DNA from: an uncultured Lentisphaerota bacterium
GTDB lineage: Bacteria; Verrucomicrobiota; Kiritimatiellia; CAIQIC01; JAGNIJ01
Assembly: GCA_937870865.1 (NCBI GenBank)
Contig: CALMZY010000133.1
Coordinates: 1 to 40,284, forward strand
Length of the DNA: 40,284 bases
Direction: 5' to 3'
Position numbers and translations under genes: made by a program. Below are positions 39,528 through 40,284 of this stretch, piece by piece (position 1 is the stretch's first letter; every line of letters begins with the position of its first letter). The notes beneath the pieces were generated by a model. It had not been told where the DNA came from. It saw only the letters and a list, made by a program, of their open reading frames with translations, and ran no database searches.

Positions 39528-40284
39528 ATGTCGCTTTCAGGCAACACGCAGTCGCGCTGGGCTCTGGCCCTGCTTCTCGCCCTGCTGGCGGGCGGCTGCG
39601 GGTTTCGATCCCGGCCCAACGTTCTGCTCATCACCCTCGACACGACACGAACCGACCGCCTGGGCTGTTACGGCAGCGCGCGAGCGCTGACGCCCGCGCT
39701 CGACGATCTCGCCGGGGCCGGGGTCGTGTTCGAGGAAGCCTACGCGACGGTTCCGCTCACGCTGCCGTCGCATGCGACGATCCTCACCGGCCGCTATCCC
39801 CCGGAACACGGGCTTCGCATCAACGGGGAAGGGGTGCTTCCCGCCGATGTGCCGACCCTCGCGGAACTCCTGGCCCGGCGCGGATACCGCACCGGCGCGT
39901 TCGTGAGCGCGTTCGTGCTGAACCGCAAGTTCGGCCTCGATCGCGGGTTCGAAATCTACGACGACGAGCTGGCCGGCGGGGCGTACGTGGAGACCGAGCT
40001 GTACCGCTCGCGGCCCGGCGCCGCGGCGGTGGATGCGGCGATCGAGTGGCTGACCGGGAACCGCCGCGGCCGGTTCTTCTGCTGGGTTCATCTGTTCGAC
40101 CCGCACGTGCCGTACGACCCGCACGCGGAGCTGTGGGGGACGAGATTCGCGGATCAGCCGTATGACGCGGAGATCGCCTATGTCGATCTGCAGGTTGACC
40201 GGCTCATGCAGTTCCTGCGCGAAACCGGCCGCGATCGAAACACGCTGATCGTGATCGCCGGCGACCACGGCGAGGGGCTGGGCG
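39528..40284 (+). CDS. Sulfatase-like hydrolase/transferase lipoprotein, 3'-truncated (absent from the ORF track)
   Basis: Manual translation gives MSLSGNTQSRWALALLLALLAGGC...PNVLLITLDTTRTDRLGCYG...VPLTLPSHATILTG...WVHLFDPHVPY...YDAEIAYVD...IAGDHGEGLG. Confidence 0.9.
   Translation, partial: MSLSGNTQSRWALALLLALLAGGCGFRSRPNVLLITLDTTRTDRLGCYGSARALTPALDDLAGAGVVFEEAYATVPLTLPSHATILTGRYPPEHGLRINGEGVLPADVPTLAELLARRGYRTGAFVSAFVLNRKFGLDRGFEIYDDELAGGAYVETELYRSRPGAAAVDAAIEWLTGNRRGRFFCWVHLFDPHVPYDPHAELWGTRFADQPYDAEIAYVDLQVDRLMQFLRETGRDRNTLIVIAGDHGEGLG

Noticed and set aside
39314-40268. ORF-track calls 39314-40165 (+) and 39537-40268 (-)
   Set aside because: The real gene is the open-ended frame starting at 39528, which carries sulfatase-fold motifs.

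Overview
High-GC bacterial chromosomal window of mostly housekeeping and envelope genes. The lineage is probably PVC (Kiritimatiellia/Verrucomicrobiota-like); this is inferred from repeat and C-terminal-domain style, not proven. Gene order: 5'-truncated yraN-like nuclease; lytic transglycosylase; TIGR00725/SLOG protein; asnS with a ~70-aa coiled-coil insertion; a NarL/UvrY-type two-component pair with a 1441-aa soluble REC-GAF-7xPAS-HisKA_3 kinase; a membrane-anchored four-OB-fold protein; NYN nuclease; LacI regulator with divergent secreted proteins; DUF456, a DxxGxDxY-repeat protein and a HEAT protein; mscL; a DUF481 barrel; thrC; a TetR-led YbhGFSR/TolC-type ABC exporter operon; psiE; a complete F1Fo atp operon; a cytidylate-kinase-like protein; moeA; small envelope proteins; DUF362; and a 3'-truncated sulfatase-like lipoprotein. 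I saw no rRNA, tRNA, CRISPR array, transposase or integrase. The most striking unexplained structure is a set of unrelated miniature palindromic or short-tandem-repeat elements sitting at gene starts. Three are translated in frame as parts of signal peptides, and in one case the two arms of a palindrome encode the basic n-region and the hydrophobic h-region. Also notable is a GacA-box-like palindrome followed by a structured, apparently non-coding stretch just downstream of the UvrY-like regulator.
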